This document shows, piece after piece, positions 53,416-63,782 of a stretch of 64,000 nucleotides of DNA. The notes under the pieces are model-generated. The model saw only the letters and a list, made by a program, of their open reading frames with translations. It did not search any database and was not told the DNA's origin. Source of the stretch: Nitrososphaerales archaeon. Its GTDB lineage: Archaea; Thermoproteota; Nitrososphaeria; Nitrososphaerales; UBA213. The position numbers and the translations under genes are program-made. Location: positions 992,001-1,056,000 of the forward strand of contig CBDAOC010000020.1 in assembly GCA_965197925.1 (NCBI GenBank), read 5' to 3'. How positions within the stretch are numbered: position 1 is the first letter of the stretch; every line of letters starts with the position of its first letter.

Positions 53416-53827
53416 TTATGGGGACACCTTTTACCCAAAACTCGCCAAGATCAGATTTCTCTTTTTTCCATATTGGTACTATTTTCTTGATCGTGTCGAT
53501 TGCATACTTGCAGGCCTCAAAAGCTTCTTTGCGATGTTCTGAACACACAGCAGTTATCACACTTATTTCTCCAACCTTCAATTCACCTACCCTATGAATA
53601 GCAACAAACTTTCTTACACTCCATTTATCAATCACCTCACACTCGATTTTTCTGAGCATTTCTTTTGCCATTTCTTTGTATGCTTCATAATAAATTCCTG
53701 AAACTTTAGTGTTATCATTGTGATCCCTGACAGTTCCCAGGAAAAAAACAGTTGCGCCAGAGGATTCATCCTTGACATACTCCAATACTTTGGAGACATC
53801 AATTTGGTCCTCAACTATGGCAAACAT
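53405..53827 (-). CDS. moaE: Molybdopterin synthase catalytic subunit
   Basis: GATVFFLGTVR, HRVG, HRKEAF and PIWKKE motifs. Confidence 0.92.
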   Translation of the reverse strand: MFAIVEDQIDVSKVLEYVKDESSGATVFFLGTVRDHNDNTKVSGIYYEAYKEMAKEMLRKIECEVIDKWSVRKFVAIHRVGELKVGEISVITAVCSEHRKEAFEACKYAIDTIKKIVPIWKKEKSDLGEFWVKGVPINGE

Positions 53828-53828
53828 T

Positions 53829-54098
53829 TCATCCGCCCCCTACGGGTGGCAGAAGCGCTGCCTCATCTATATGGCTTAGTATTGTGCTGTCATCTGCGAT
53901 TCTATGGTTCAACGCAACCATGATTGGAATTCTTATTGATGAAAGTGCAGGATAAAGCTCTACGATCTTCTTTCTGAGGTCCCCAACCGTCCCGTTATGT
54001 TGAAGTCTTAATCTTATCTCCTCTTTGCCAATAATCTCTCTTACCGAAGCAAACAACTTCACATTAACACTCAGCGGCTCAAGATTTCCCTTGCTCAT
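53829..54098 (-). CDS. moaD: Molybdopterin synthase sulfur carrier
   Basis: VKLFASVRE...PPVGGG C-terminus. Confidence 0.92.
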   Translation of the reverse strand: MSKGNLEPLSVNVKLFASVREIIGKEEIRLRLQHNGTVGDLRKKIVELYPALSSIRIPIMVALNHRIADDSTILSHIDEAALLPPVGGG

Positions 54099-54104
54099 AA
54101 TTAC

Positions 54105-55097
54105 TTATCCTCCTATTGTATGCATTAGGTTTAGGGTTGGCTTGAGTGCCTTGGTTCTTATGATGCTTATTATACCTTCAGGCTTCTTGTTTATACATTC
54201 AAGAATATATTCTCTGATCTCATAGTCAGTCTTCCCACTTCTTAGTAACTTCTTGATGTTATATCCTGGATTTTCAAAAAGGCAAGTGAGAAATCTGCCG
54301 TCAGAAGTTATCCTTACTCTGTCACAGTAAGTACAGAACGGTTCAGTCATAGAGGGGATGAATCCTATAGTGCCATGTCCGTCAGCAAATGAGTAAAGTG
54401 TTGCTGGCTCAGAACTTTCATTTTTCAAGGGTAAAAGTGGTGTCAAATTCTTGCCTATGATTTCCATCATTTTCCTCTTACTAACTACAAGATCCGGTCT
54501 CCAGATACCTGACCCATCTAATGGCATAAACTCGATGAATCGAACAGTGTGACCCGTCTCTCTTGCAAATTCTGCGAATGTTACAACCTCATCATCGTTC
54601 CAACCTCTAATAATTACAGTATTTATCTTAAGTTTCAGACCAACATCATCTGCTGCCTCAATTCCATCTAAGACTCTGTTAAGCCCATCTAAGCCATTAA
54701 TTGCCTTGAATTTTTCAGTTCTGAAAGTATCGAGACTAACATTTACACTTTGAAGCCCAGCATCTTTAAGCTCTTTGACTTTATCATGTAGCAAAATACC
54801 GTTAGTTGTCATACTAATGGTCTTAATTCCTTTTAACTTTGACAATTCACCAATAAAGTCTTCTATGCCCTGCCTGATCAGTGGTTCACCACCTGTAACT
54901 CTTATCTTTTCAACCCCTAGGCTTACTAGAATGGTAGTGAACCTAACAAGTTCCTCATATGTCAATATCTCACTTGCTGAAAACCATTTTGTATGTTCTG
55001 GCATACAGTAAATACAACGCATATTGCATCTGTCTGTAACAGAGATCCTAAGCTTTCTTGCAACCCTGCCGAAATTATCAACCAGACTTTCTTCCAA
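54105..55097 (-). CDS. moaA: GTP 3',8-cyclase
   Basis: CNMRCIYC, TGGEP, CTYCDRVR...CL and terminal IGG. Confidence 0.95.
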   Translation of the reverse strand: MEESLVDNFGRVARKLRISVTDRCNMRCIYCMPEHTKWFSASEILTYEELVRFTTILVSLGVEKIRVTGGEPLIRQGIEDFIGELSKLKGIKTISMTTNGILLHDKVKELKDAGLQSVNVSLDTFRTEKFKAINGLDGLNRVLDGIEAADDVGLKLKINTVIIRGWNDDEVVTFAEFARETGHTVRFIEFMPLDGSGIWRPDLVVSKRKMMEIIGKNLTPLLPLKNESSEPATLYSFADGHGTIGFIPSMTEPFCTYCDRVRITSDGRFLTCLFENPGYNIKKLLRSGKTDYEIREYILECINKKPEGIISIIRTKALKPTLNLMHTIGG

Positions 55098-55129
55098 TTT
55101 AGCTAGCCAACTCCTCTCACTCTAGTCGC

Positions 55130-55775
55130 CTACATTCTAATTTGATTTAACTGCTGGCAGAAATGGTCTCTCCATTCCTCGGGCAACGCCTCTAGTTTTG
55201 AAGCACGCCGCATAGCTTCAATGTCTTCTTTATCATGTACATATAACCTTACTATATCTTTAACAGTGATGTTATTCTTGTCACGACTGATAAGTTCGAT
55301 TGGATCCACAGCACCAACTTCTCCTTCCTTCAATACCCTAAAGTAAAATCCAGGTCTACCACTTACCAGAAACTTTCTAATAATGTCTGTTCGTCCGAAC
55401 CTTACACCAAGCTTATAGCATGGCATTCGTGGTTGTGTCATCATTACTCTGGCTGACCCAATTTGAAATTGATCACCGATATTGAACATATCTTCAAGAA
55501 TCCCTTCCGTAGTCAAATTTTCACCAAACATACTCCATGGCAGAACAGTATCGGGTAATTGGACTTTCCAGTAGTCATAATGCTCCACTGGATATGCATA
55601 AACTGCCTTATCTGGCCCACCATGTACAGTCAAATCAGCCTGTCTGTCACCATCTAGGTTGAGCTTACGTAGTTTGACATGACCCTTGATTAGTTCTTTG
55701 AAAATTCCAGTCACAACCTCCTTTCCCTGAAAGAGCACCTCACGTGGAAGCCCTACGTTGACTAAGAATTTTCAT
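55130..55775 (-). pseudogene. MOSC domain (YiiM-like) protein with a frameshift at codon 5-6
   Basis: HGGPDKAV, GENLT, QPRMPCYKL; ATG at 55775 is out of frame by an apparent 2-nt loss (expected MKILSVNVGLPREV); GTG at 55738 could restart. Confidence 0.75.
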
Positions 55776-55980
55776 TTTAGATTGATCCGCCAATGCTCTA
55801 TAAATATCAGTGAATACTCATTCATATATGTTTTCTATTCAGTTAATAGACTCCCCAAAAAAAAAGAAGGTGGTAATATTTAGAAACAAATCAAAGAAAT
55901 ACAGCTCTTTTTAGATTGATTCACAAATTATCGCGTATATTTGTATTAGAAGTAACTTTATTTGGTTCACAAAACTAAGT

Positions 55981-57252
55981 ATGATTATGGAACAACATGA
56001 TACAACAAGGCATCATGGATTCAAGTCTTATATCCCTGTGGATGTTGCTCTTGGCAAGTTCTTGTCTTACATGGATATCTCCAAATTATTATCCTTTACA
56101 GAGAATGTTGACCTTGGAGATGCTTTAGGTAGAGTCTTAGCAGATGATCTTCTAAGTGATATTGATGTCCCACCATTTGTCAAGGCAGCTATGGACGGCT
56201 ATGCCGTGTTATCTAAAGATACAAAAGGTGCATCAAGTAAGCATCCAATTCTTCTTGATGTGATTGATAGCATATCGGCAGGGCAAGAAGTACGATCCAG
56301 TGTTATATCTGGAAAGGCTGTAGCCGTTGCTACAGGAGGTATGATTCCAGATGGAGGGGATGCTGTGGTGATAGTGGAGAATACCGAATTAGTGGGTAAC
56401 AAAGTTAAGATCATGGAAGAGGCAGAGCAAGGCAAAAATTTGGCATTAAAAGGCGAGGAAGTGAGCAAGGGTCAACTTCTACTTGAGAAGGGCACCTGGC
56501 TTGATGCTCAAGATTTAGGACTTGTAGCTTCTGTTGGTGTTGACAAGGTTCCAGTCCTCAGGAAGCCAAAGGTTGCAGTAATTGCCACCGGTAGTGAACT
56601 TATTGAACCGGGATCGAAGCCTGGTCCGGGACAAATTTTTGAGAGTAATAGGCATGTGATTTCGGGTATGGTGAAGGAGTTCGGGGGGGAAGTTGTGGAC
56701 TTGGGTATTTGTAGAGATGAATGGGATTTAATATCATCTAAGTTAAGGGACGCACTTGCGTTCGACGTTGTAGTTGTAAGCGGTGGATCCTCTGTTGGTG
56801 AAAAAGACTTAATCCCTAATATCATAGGCAAAATGGGAAAGCCCGGATTGCTGGTTCATGGTGTAGCTATGAAACCCGGCTCTCCTACGGCCCTTGGAAT
56901 ACTCGATAACAAACCCATCATTGTCACGCCGGGTTTTCCTGTATCTTCATATTTTGCGTTCTACGCCTTTGGACGTCCTCTCCTCTTTCATATGTTAAAA
57001 ACTAAAGGACCCCCAACACCAACAGTAAATGCGAGGATGTTAGCTGGTATTGATACACATGAGGGAATGCGTACTTTTGTAAGGGTCAAGATATCAAGAA
57101 ATGATAATTGTTATTTTGCTAATCCCATTAGTGCAACAGGCGCCAGAGTTCTTTCAACACTAACGAATTCTGATGGCATAGTTATAGTGGATGATTTGAA
57201 GAGATTGCAGAAGAACGAAGAAGTTAATGTGATACTCCTAAGGAGTCTATAA
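55981..57252 (+). CDS. moeA: Molybdopterin molybdenumtransferase
   Basis: AAMDGYA, ATGSEL, SGGSSVG and MKPG motifs. Confidence 0.93.
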   Translation: MIMEQHDTTRHHGFKSYIPVDVALGKFLSYMDISKLLSFTENVDLGDALGRVLADDLLSDIDVPPFVKAAMDGYAVLSKDTKGASSKHPILLDVIDSISAGQEVRSSVISGKAVAVATGGMIPDGGDAVVIVENTELVGNKVKIMEEAEQGKNLALKGEEVSKGQLLLEKGTWLDAQDLGLVASVGVDKVPVLRKPKVAVIATGSELIEPGSKPGPGQIFESNRHVISGMVKEFGGEVVDLGICRDEWDLISSKLRDALAFDVVVVSGGSSVGEKDLIPNIIGKMGKPGLLVHGVAMKPGSPTALGILDNKPIIVTPGFPVSSYFAFYAFGRPLLFHMLKTKGPPTPTVNARMLAGIDTHEGMRTFVRVKISRNDNCYFANPISATGARVLSTLTNSDGIVIVDDLKRLQKNEEVNVILLRSL

Positions 57253-57365
57253 ACTGAATTGAGGAAATAATTTCCTCAAGTAATTTGTTCACATGTTGAT
57301 AATAATCAAAAAATAGATAAGTATAGGAAGACATTTAATAAAAATAAAAGCGGATATATCTTGAC

Positions 57366-57488
57366 ATGAATTGTTATGCTTGTGGCGGAGAATTAAACGA
57401 AAATAACTCACATACAGTAAAATTTTATCCAGATGTTTTGGGTCCTATCGACCTCTGTGACGAATGTTGGAAAATCAAGATCGAGTAA
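57366..57488 (+). CDS. Small zinc-finger protein, 40 aa (not in the ORF track)
   Basis: MNCYACGGELNENNSHTVKFYPDVLGPIDLCDECWKIKIE, two CxxC motifs. Confidence 0.55.
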   Translation: MNCYACGGELNENNSHTVKFYPDVLGPIDLCDECWKIKIE

Positions 57489-57599
57489 ATTGCACCTATA
57501 AAATTTGAAAGGCAATCACTGCGCCAACAAATCTCGATAAAAAGACAGTTAAGGGAAAATTAGACTTATTGCTTTACTGTAGAACTCTGAGATAGGCAT

Positions 57600-58096
57600 T
57601 GTGGTACCTTTGACAGCTGTCCGGACAACGATCAATTGTTTGGTGGTCCCGATAATGATTCCGTGGTTGGAGGAGATGGTGAAGATGTAGTTCGTGGGGT
57701 CCTGGCGATGATTTACTTCGTGGGAATAATGGAAATGATTTCATATTAGGTGGTGATGGTGATGATCTCTTAGAAGGTGATCACTTTGCAGCAACCAACC
57801 CTGGCATCGACCAACTATTTGGTGGGCCGGGAACAGATCTGATATTTGGGAATGAAGATTATGACCAATTATTTGGTGAATTAGACATTGACTATCTATC
57901 CTGTGGAGAAGGTAATGATAACCACCATCAAGAAGAGAACAATAGTTGTGAGTCATTCACCTTCTTTACAAACTTAGAGGGTGTGCATGAAGTACCTCCA
58001 GTTACTACTAATGCAAGCGGAGTTGCTTCGTTCAGGTTTAATACTACCGGTAATGAATTATTGAAGTTTAGAATTACCGTAAAGAATCTAGACTAG
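57600..58096 (+). pseudogene. Decayed RTX Ca-binding + CHRD domain gene
   Basis: GGPDND and GGDGDD repeats, then LEGVHEVPPVTTNASGVA (CHRD-like) across frames. Confidence 0.6.
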
Positions 58097-58256
58097 GATG
58101 GTAACCAGACTATAATTTTATTTAAGCCAGGCAGAGGGGTTTGAAACAGGGCAAACTTGAACTTGCGGCTTTAAGAATAGGTTATACTGAAGGTCTGATC
58201 GAGGCGATAAGATTCCTAAAGTGTGTTAATACGTGGGAGTAAAATAGTATTTATAC

Positions 58257-58448
58257 ATGATTTTTGGCTTTACGATCATGCAACTAGACGGTCAATTTGT
58301 ATCCGGAATTTCTATGACTGTATTTGGTCTTCTACTTATAATTTTAGGTGTATCTGCTGATATGTTTAACATTCTCTTCCCCGTCGCATTGGTTTTCATA
58401 TTTGCTGGGATTGCTTTAAAAGTAATTTCTGTGAAGAATTTAGGCTAG
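58257..58448 (+). CDS. Small two-TM membrane protein
   Basis: 63-aa hydrophobic ORF. Confidence 0.45.
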   Translation: MIFGFTIMQLDGQFVSGISMTVFGLLLIILGVSADMFNILFPVALVFIFAGIALKVISVKNLG

Positions 58449-58621
58449 CCCTCCAAACTAGTTCTTTAATTGTGATTGAAATATTTCCTTTTTATAATCT
58501 TGCTATACGCTTAATGTGAGTAGCTTTCAGCTTTGATAGCTTTGAATCTGTAATAAATAATAAAAATTAGGAAACATTCTAACATATGTTAAGATATACC
58601 ATAAAGGATTAACCAAAAATT

Positions 58622-58755
58622 GGCTCAGTAGAAACCATACTATAAAGACAATCACTCTGCAAATTGTAAGCAATAACCCTAAATGTTAATTCCTTGTTCT
58701 GCATCTTAGCAATTCTTGATGTTACATGCTCTTCAAACATTCTCTTTATCACTGA
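58622..58755 (-). mobile_element. Right-end relic of the IS5-type element
   Basis: GGCTCAGTAGAAACCATAC TIR plus reverse complement of the transposase C-terminus (matches about 24985-25118). Confidence 0.75.
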
Positions 58756-58834
58756 TAGAATAGTTTCATTCTTCACTTTATGAAATATTCCTCAGCATAG
58801 ATGTTAGCGATAATTAGTCCGAAATCCTTCCCAA

Positions 58835-59098
58835 TTATTTCTTCGTTACAAAAGGCTGCTTATAATTACCTATATCATATCCGTCCAGCCTCAAGTACTT
58901 CAATGTAAGTTTGTAAACTAATTCGTCACGATCCTCATCCTGCATGATCTTCGCCCAAGTTATCCTAATTTTAGATTCTATCTCTGGCTCTAACTTATTC
59001 GCTAGAGTACGTGCGCTTTGTCTGTACTCTTCGAATAGCTTGTTAAATCTCCTCGGCTTTGTATTGCAGGCTTCCACAATACTCCTTACATCGCACAC
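58835..59098 (-). CDS. Hypothetical protein
   Basis: 87-aa ORF with plausible composition. Confidence 0.45.
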   Translation of the reverse strand: MCDVRSIVEACNTKPRRFNKLFEEYRQSARTLANKLEPEIESKIRITWAKIMQDEDRDELVYKLTLKYLRLDGYDIGNYKQPFVTKK

Positions 59099-59449
59099 AA
59101 TTTAAGTTGATCTCCAAAGCTTATACCAGTTTTGGTTCCGTTGATGTGGTTACGACTGAAATATCAAATAGTAAAATACTAAGAATGATTAACCGAACAA
59201 ATGTAAAGGCTATTCAGTAAGGAATATTCTTGATTATGCTAAAGATAACGGAGTCAATCTCTTTCCTATAGAATTCAAGAATTTACTCCAATAGCATCCA
59301 GAAATAAACCCGTAATTTCTCTGCAGGACTCTATATATTGCACGCATTCATATTCACATACTAATAACAATAATACATTTCAAGAATTCATTTTCTAAAT
59401 ATATTTCCCCTTCCTAAGCGGAAACATCCTGGTCTAGAACTAGATTTGC

Positions 59450-60091
59450 TTACTCTTGTGTCAAAGAGAAAACAATTGGTTCTAGTTCAGAAGGTAAATC
59501 TATCAAGTAATCTGGTTTTTCTTTTTTTAAGGCTCCTTTAGAATTGAAACCCCAACTAACTGCAACTGTGATAACCTTTGATTTTTTACCTGCATTCATA
59601 TCTCGTACTTCATCTCCTACGTAGAAGACCTTCTCTTTTTTCAGATTATTTTTAGTGATTAGTTTTCTGAGAACTTTACTTTTCCCAAATACACTATTGC
59701 CCGAATATAAAAAATCAAAAATATTCAATTCGTTGCTTTCTAGAAACTTTTTCACATTTTCTCCTGTGTTAGTAGTTAGAATACCTATTTTACATCCTCT
59801 CTCCTTCAATAGTGATAAAGTTGGTTTTAGGTTGGTACTTGGATGGAGATTTCCAATTTCTTGATTAATCTCAGAAGTAATTCTCCTTGTCCAAAATGGT
59901 AATTTGTATATAGGAATTCCCAGATGTGATAGAATCTCTTTTGGTTTCTTTTCCCTAAGTAATGGAATATCTTCTTCTAAAACTTGTTTGTGTCCAAATT
60001 CATCAGAAATTCTATTTACAATTGCTATTATTGGATCGAGGGTATTCGCAATGGTCCCATCAAAATCAAAAATTATTATAGGTTTTCCCAT
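59450..60091 (-). CDS. HAD-superfamily hydrolase (phosphoglycolate phosphatase-like)
   Basis: IFDFDGT, LTTN, K and YVGDEVRD motifs. Confidence 0.9.
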   Translation of the reverse strand: MGKPIIIFDFDGTIANTLDPIIAIVNRISDEFGHKQVLEEDIPLLREKKPKEILSHLGIPIYKLPFWTRRITSEINQEIGNLHPSTNLKPTLSLLKERGCKIGILTTNTGENVKKFLESNELNIFDFLYSGNSVFGKSKVLRKLITKNNLKKEKVFYVGDEVRDMNAGKKSKVITVAVSWGFNSKGALKKEKPDYLIDLPSELEPIVFSLTQE

Positions 60092-60093
60092 TT

Positions 60094-61449
60094 TTATTTC
60101 GACCTTATTTTATCTTTAAAATATTTCAAAAGCATCTGGCCAATGATTTTAGGGTGAAATAGTACAGAAGGAGATTTGGTCATATGCATCATTTCAAGAA
60201 ATGACTTTGCTGCCAATTCACTATTGGGAATCAAGAGCATCACACTGTTGGTGTATTTTTGCATAAATCTCACAGATAAACTGGGCTTTTTGCCTTTTGT
60301 TGTTGGCCATCTAAGATCATCACTTGTTCCTAAAATCCAAGGTAGGGACACAATTTCAGACACCTTTACTTGAAATTGTTTTGAAAAGTCTTTCCAATCT
60401 GCGTCATTTTGTATTTGTTTAAGACTTTTTGAAAGATATTCAACACATAGTGCGGCTGATGTCATTCCCTGTCCATAAAATGGATTGAAGGTACAAACAG
60501 AATCTCCTATTACGATAAAGTTTTGTGGCCATCGAGAAAGTTTCTCATATTGGTATTTTCTGCTTCCCTCTATTCTGTATCCAAAAATCTTAGATACCGG
60601 AATTGCTTCCTTGATTGAATCATAAAGTTCTGTGGTGGGCAATTTTTTGATAAAATCTAGAAACCCTTCTTTATCGGTTGGAGGATACTCGCCCCCAATT
60701 CCTGAAACTCCAATGATCCATTGATCATTTTCAACCGGGTAGACAATTCCAGTTCTAGGATTATGAGTTGGCCTGTTAAGTATGGCTAGCATCTTCCAAA
60801 TCTTTTCATCAGGTGGTTTTCTATAAATTCTAGTGGCATAACCAACATACGAATCTATCTTCAACTCTTTTGGTTTTTGAAACCCAATATTTTCAAGCCA
60901 TAATGGGGTTTTTGTATTTCTTCCGCTAGCATCAACCACTAAATCTGCCTTGATAGAATCCAGATTACCATCATTTTGATACTCTAAACCCATGACTCTT
61001 GTTTCATCTAAAATCAAATTCTTGACAAAGCAATTCTCAAAAATGGTAATATTCGAAAAGTTTTGCAATACTTTGTTTCGTATTGATTTTTCCAATAAAG
61101 TCCGTGAGCAAGTATAAGTGATAACTTCTGAACAAAATTTTGGTGCCCATCCTGTAGGAAGCAGAATTCTTACATCATTAAGAAAGTCAATTTTATGAGC
61201 ACCATGGGCTAAAAGTTCTTCTTCTATATCGGGGCAAAGCTTTCTCAGGATTTGATATCCTCTTGAAAGTAAAAAATGAATGTGAGTTGCCTGAGGGGTT
61301 CCTTTTCTGATATTCCCATTACTTAAAGAGTCTCTTTCAAGAATAATCACTTGATCAAAATAATCAGATAATACTCGTGCGCTTAACGTTCCAGCGATGC
61401 TCGCACCTATTACTATGGCTTTTTTTCTCAAAATTCTTTCTGCCTCCAT
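60094..61449 (-). CDS. FAD-dependent oxidoreductase/monooxygenase
   Basis: GASIAG Rossmann motif, LVVDASGR, IGDSVCTFNPFYGQGM. Confidence 0.88.
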   Translation of the reverse strand: MEAERILRKKAIVIGASIAGTLSARVLSDYFDQVIILERDSLSNGNIRKGTPQATHIHFLLSRGYQILRKLCPDIEEELLAHGAHKIDFLNDVRILLPTGWAPKFCSEVITYTCSRTLLEKSIRNKVLQNFSNITIFENCFVKNLILDETRVMGLEYQNDGNLDSIKADLVVDASGRNTKTPLWLENIGFQKPKELKIDSYVGYATRIYRKPPDEKIWKMLAILNRPTHNPRTGIVYPVENDQWIIGVSGIGGEYPPTDKEGFLDFIKKLPTTELYDSIKEAIPVSKIFGYRIEGSRKYQYEKLSRWPQNFIVIGDSVCTFNPFYGQGMTSAALCVEYLSKSLKQIQNDADWKDFSKQFQVKVSEIVSLPWILGTSDDLRWPTTKGKKPSLSVRFMQKYTNSVMLLIPNSELAAKSFLEMMHMTKSPSVLFHPKIIGQMLLKYFKDKIRSK

Positions 61450-62032
61450 ATAAGGGAATTATTTGTTTTATTGGGTTTTATCCTTCCTCTCATTGTTGTG
61501 ATATAACTAGATCTATTGTCCGTAGGGAATAATTGCAATTTTAGGTATGAACCTCATTAAGTTAAACGTATTGTTCTTGTCTATAACCCCTCGCCTTGAC
61601 AAGAGGGGCAGACGTCATATAATGAGCATAGCAAAAAAATCCGCAATACGAACCTTTGGTCAATGACACCAACGAAGCCATTCCTACTATAGGTTCAAAT
61701 TATTTTTGCAAGGCAACATTATCATTTTATAAAATACTTACAAATATCCATCAATACAAACTCTACTCTATTGGTTCCTATCTTCTTAACTGGCTTTCAA
61801 AGGAATGAAGTCTGTTAAATATAATCCCAATTGTGGGCAATTCTAATTTTATCTTGCTAATGAACCTCCTCACGTACAAATGGCAAAGAATCCATTAAGA
61901 AGAAGATCCTTAGCATTATATCTCAATCAGATATTGTAAGATGGTAAAATTGAACTGGAAATTTACTCATGCCCCACATTTTTAGTTGAATAATTTTTTA
62001 TAAAAGAAATGTAGGAAGCAACTGAAGGAGAA

Positions 62033-62266
62033 TTGTCAATGCGAATTCCAATAAGATTTGCTTCCCTCCTATTTGGTGTACTTATGGGCGTGTTTATGTC
62101 CTCAATCATGTCCTTCGCAATGTTGGCAATCAACTTTGGGTTCACTCCCAATTTTATCAATGTCTGGTTCAACTCCTTCATTGTAGGCTTCATTGTGGCT
62201 ACTCCTATAGCACTTGTAGCAGTACCCGTTATTGGCAAGATCGTAAAACGATTAACTTCTAACTAG
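62033..62266 (+). CDS. DUF2798-like small membrane protein
   Basis: MSSIMSF...GF...F...W...F.VA.PIAL...P pattern. Confidence 0.7.
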   Translation: MSMRIPIRFASLLFGVLMGVFMSSIMSFAMLAINFGFTPNFINVWFNSFIVGFIVATPIALVAVPVIGKIVKRLTSN

Positions 62267-62458
62267 CCATATCAGAACAGTTAGATTAGAAGAAAACAGT
62301 TTTTCTTTTTGATAACTCTCTTATTGCACACTTAATCAGCGTAGGATATATTTCTTTGATGCAATTCACAAAACAAGATTGTGATAGTTAATGCCTCTCT
62401 GATGGCTAAACTACACATTATTTGACTTTATTCCTCAATGTATCTGAAATCACTGTCT

Positions 62459-62480
62459 GTTCGAATCCACTTCGGGCCCA
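62459..62480 (+). other. Degenerate tRNA 3'-end-like sequence (possible att relic)
   Basis: GTTCGAATCC...CGGGCCCA; T-stem does not pair well and no 5' half is present. Confidence 0.3.
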
Positions 62481-62571
62481 CTAATTATCAGAAATATTAT
62501 ATGCTGAAAATCTTCCATCTTCCTAAGTCTAGGAAGACTTAATTCACTGAAAGCTTTGATCTACCAAGATT

Positions 62572-62871
62572 ATGATTGGAAGATTGAAGAGAATTAAAAC
62601 CAATGAGGATATGCAAGCAGAATTCGAAGGTCTCTTCAAGGAGTTAGACGCTCTAGTTAAATCAAATGAACCGGATTGCAAGGTTCATGAACTCTACAAG
62701 TCTGCTACCGATAACAGCAGTTATGTTGTTGTTGAGCAATATGTTGATGAGCGGGCATTAAATGCCCATGTAGAGTCTGAGCTAGTGTACTTCGACAGAA
62801 TTCGTCCTCTCTTGGCGAAAGTAGAAATTGAGACTTTTAGTTACGAGAAATCCGAAAAGATTGCGTTTTGA
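62572..62871 (+). CDS. Antibiotic biosynthesis monooxygenase (ABM) family protein
   Basis: NEPDC...Y..VEQY.D..ALNAH motif. Confidence 0.8.
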   Translation: MIGRLKRIKTNEDMQAEFEGLFKELDALVKSNEPDCKVHELYKSATDNSSYVVVEQYVDERALNAHVESELVYFDRIRPLLAKVEIETFSYEKSEKIAF

Positions 62872-62987
62872 AACTTCTGTCTTCAACAATGGTCGTTGGG
62901 AATTGATGTCTCTGATTTGTCGTAATTAATGGTTATAGGTAGGATACATCACATTGAATGATTCCCTTCATGAATTAGATGCTATTG

Positions 62988-63782
62988 CTACATCTTGGAC
63001 ATCTCATTGGTGCCTACAGTAATTCTAGAACCATCTGCTATATCACTCATGTTAATTTGAACTGCCGTATGTGTAGCATTGACATTCCACGAATCCCAGC
63101 CTGGTCCTACGCCATTCACCTCGCTAAAGAAGGATCCTTCAATTAACGACCTTTCTATAGTAAAGAACAAGTAACTGTTGATATAACCTAAATTGCTATC
63201 TACTGCGTAATTTCCTTCAACCTTATTGAGATCAAAACTTAAAGCCCATCTCTCTTCATCAAATTTCATATTCAGTGCATCATAATTGATACTGCCTGTG
63301 CGAACGATGTATTCTTGTTCGTTTACATTAATTGTATAATCCTGTGTCCTCAATACATAGAATATCGTAAGATATTCATTCTCTACTTTTTGATAACCTT
63401 CCTTTGAAGCTTCTACGGTAGCAATATATTTCCCGATCTTAAAGTCATCCGTGATCGGAAAAGAGAATTCGAATATTCCCTTATCATCCGTTTTCAATAC
63501 CTTTTGAATTACATTGGTGCCGGCTGGATCCTTTATGAACATATTTACAGGAATGTCCACCAAACCATTCCAACTATTTGTGAGCATCACGTAACCACGA
63601 AGTTTCACAATGTCACCATGATCAAAATAGCTGGTGAAACTTTCCCACACATAGTCGCTCGAAGGATCGTCAAATTCCATAACCGCCAGAATGCGCTCAC
63701 CAGTTTCTGCACTTGTGTAATGGGTGATAGGAAATACTAACACAATGGTTAAAATCAAGGCAACAGCTTTCACATAAGACAT
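62988..63782 (-). CDS. Secreted Ig-like (MG2-like) surface protein, possibly lacking its C-terminal anchor
   Basis: Signal peptide; IKDPAG...TDDKGIFEFSF...GKY; thaumarchaeal-type IERSLIEG domain. Confidence 0.65.
   Translation of the reverse strand: MSYVKAVALILTIVLVFPITHYTSAETGERILAVMEFDDPSSDYVWESFTSYFDHGDIVKLRGYVMLTNSWNGLVDIPVNMFIKDPAGTNVIQKVLKTDDKGIFEFSFPITDDFKIGKYIATVEASKEGYQKVENEYLTIFYVLRTQDYTINVNEQEYIVRTGSINYDALNMKFDEERWALSFDLNKVEGNYAVDSNLGYINSYLFFTIERSLIEGSFFSEVNGVGPGWDSWNVNATHTAVQINMSDIADGSRITVGTNEMSKM

Noticed and set aside
61583..61612. CCCCTC...GAGGGG hairpin as a MITE end
   Set aside because: Single short copy with no partner in the window
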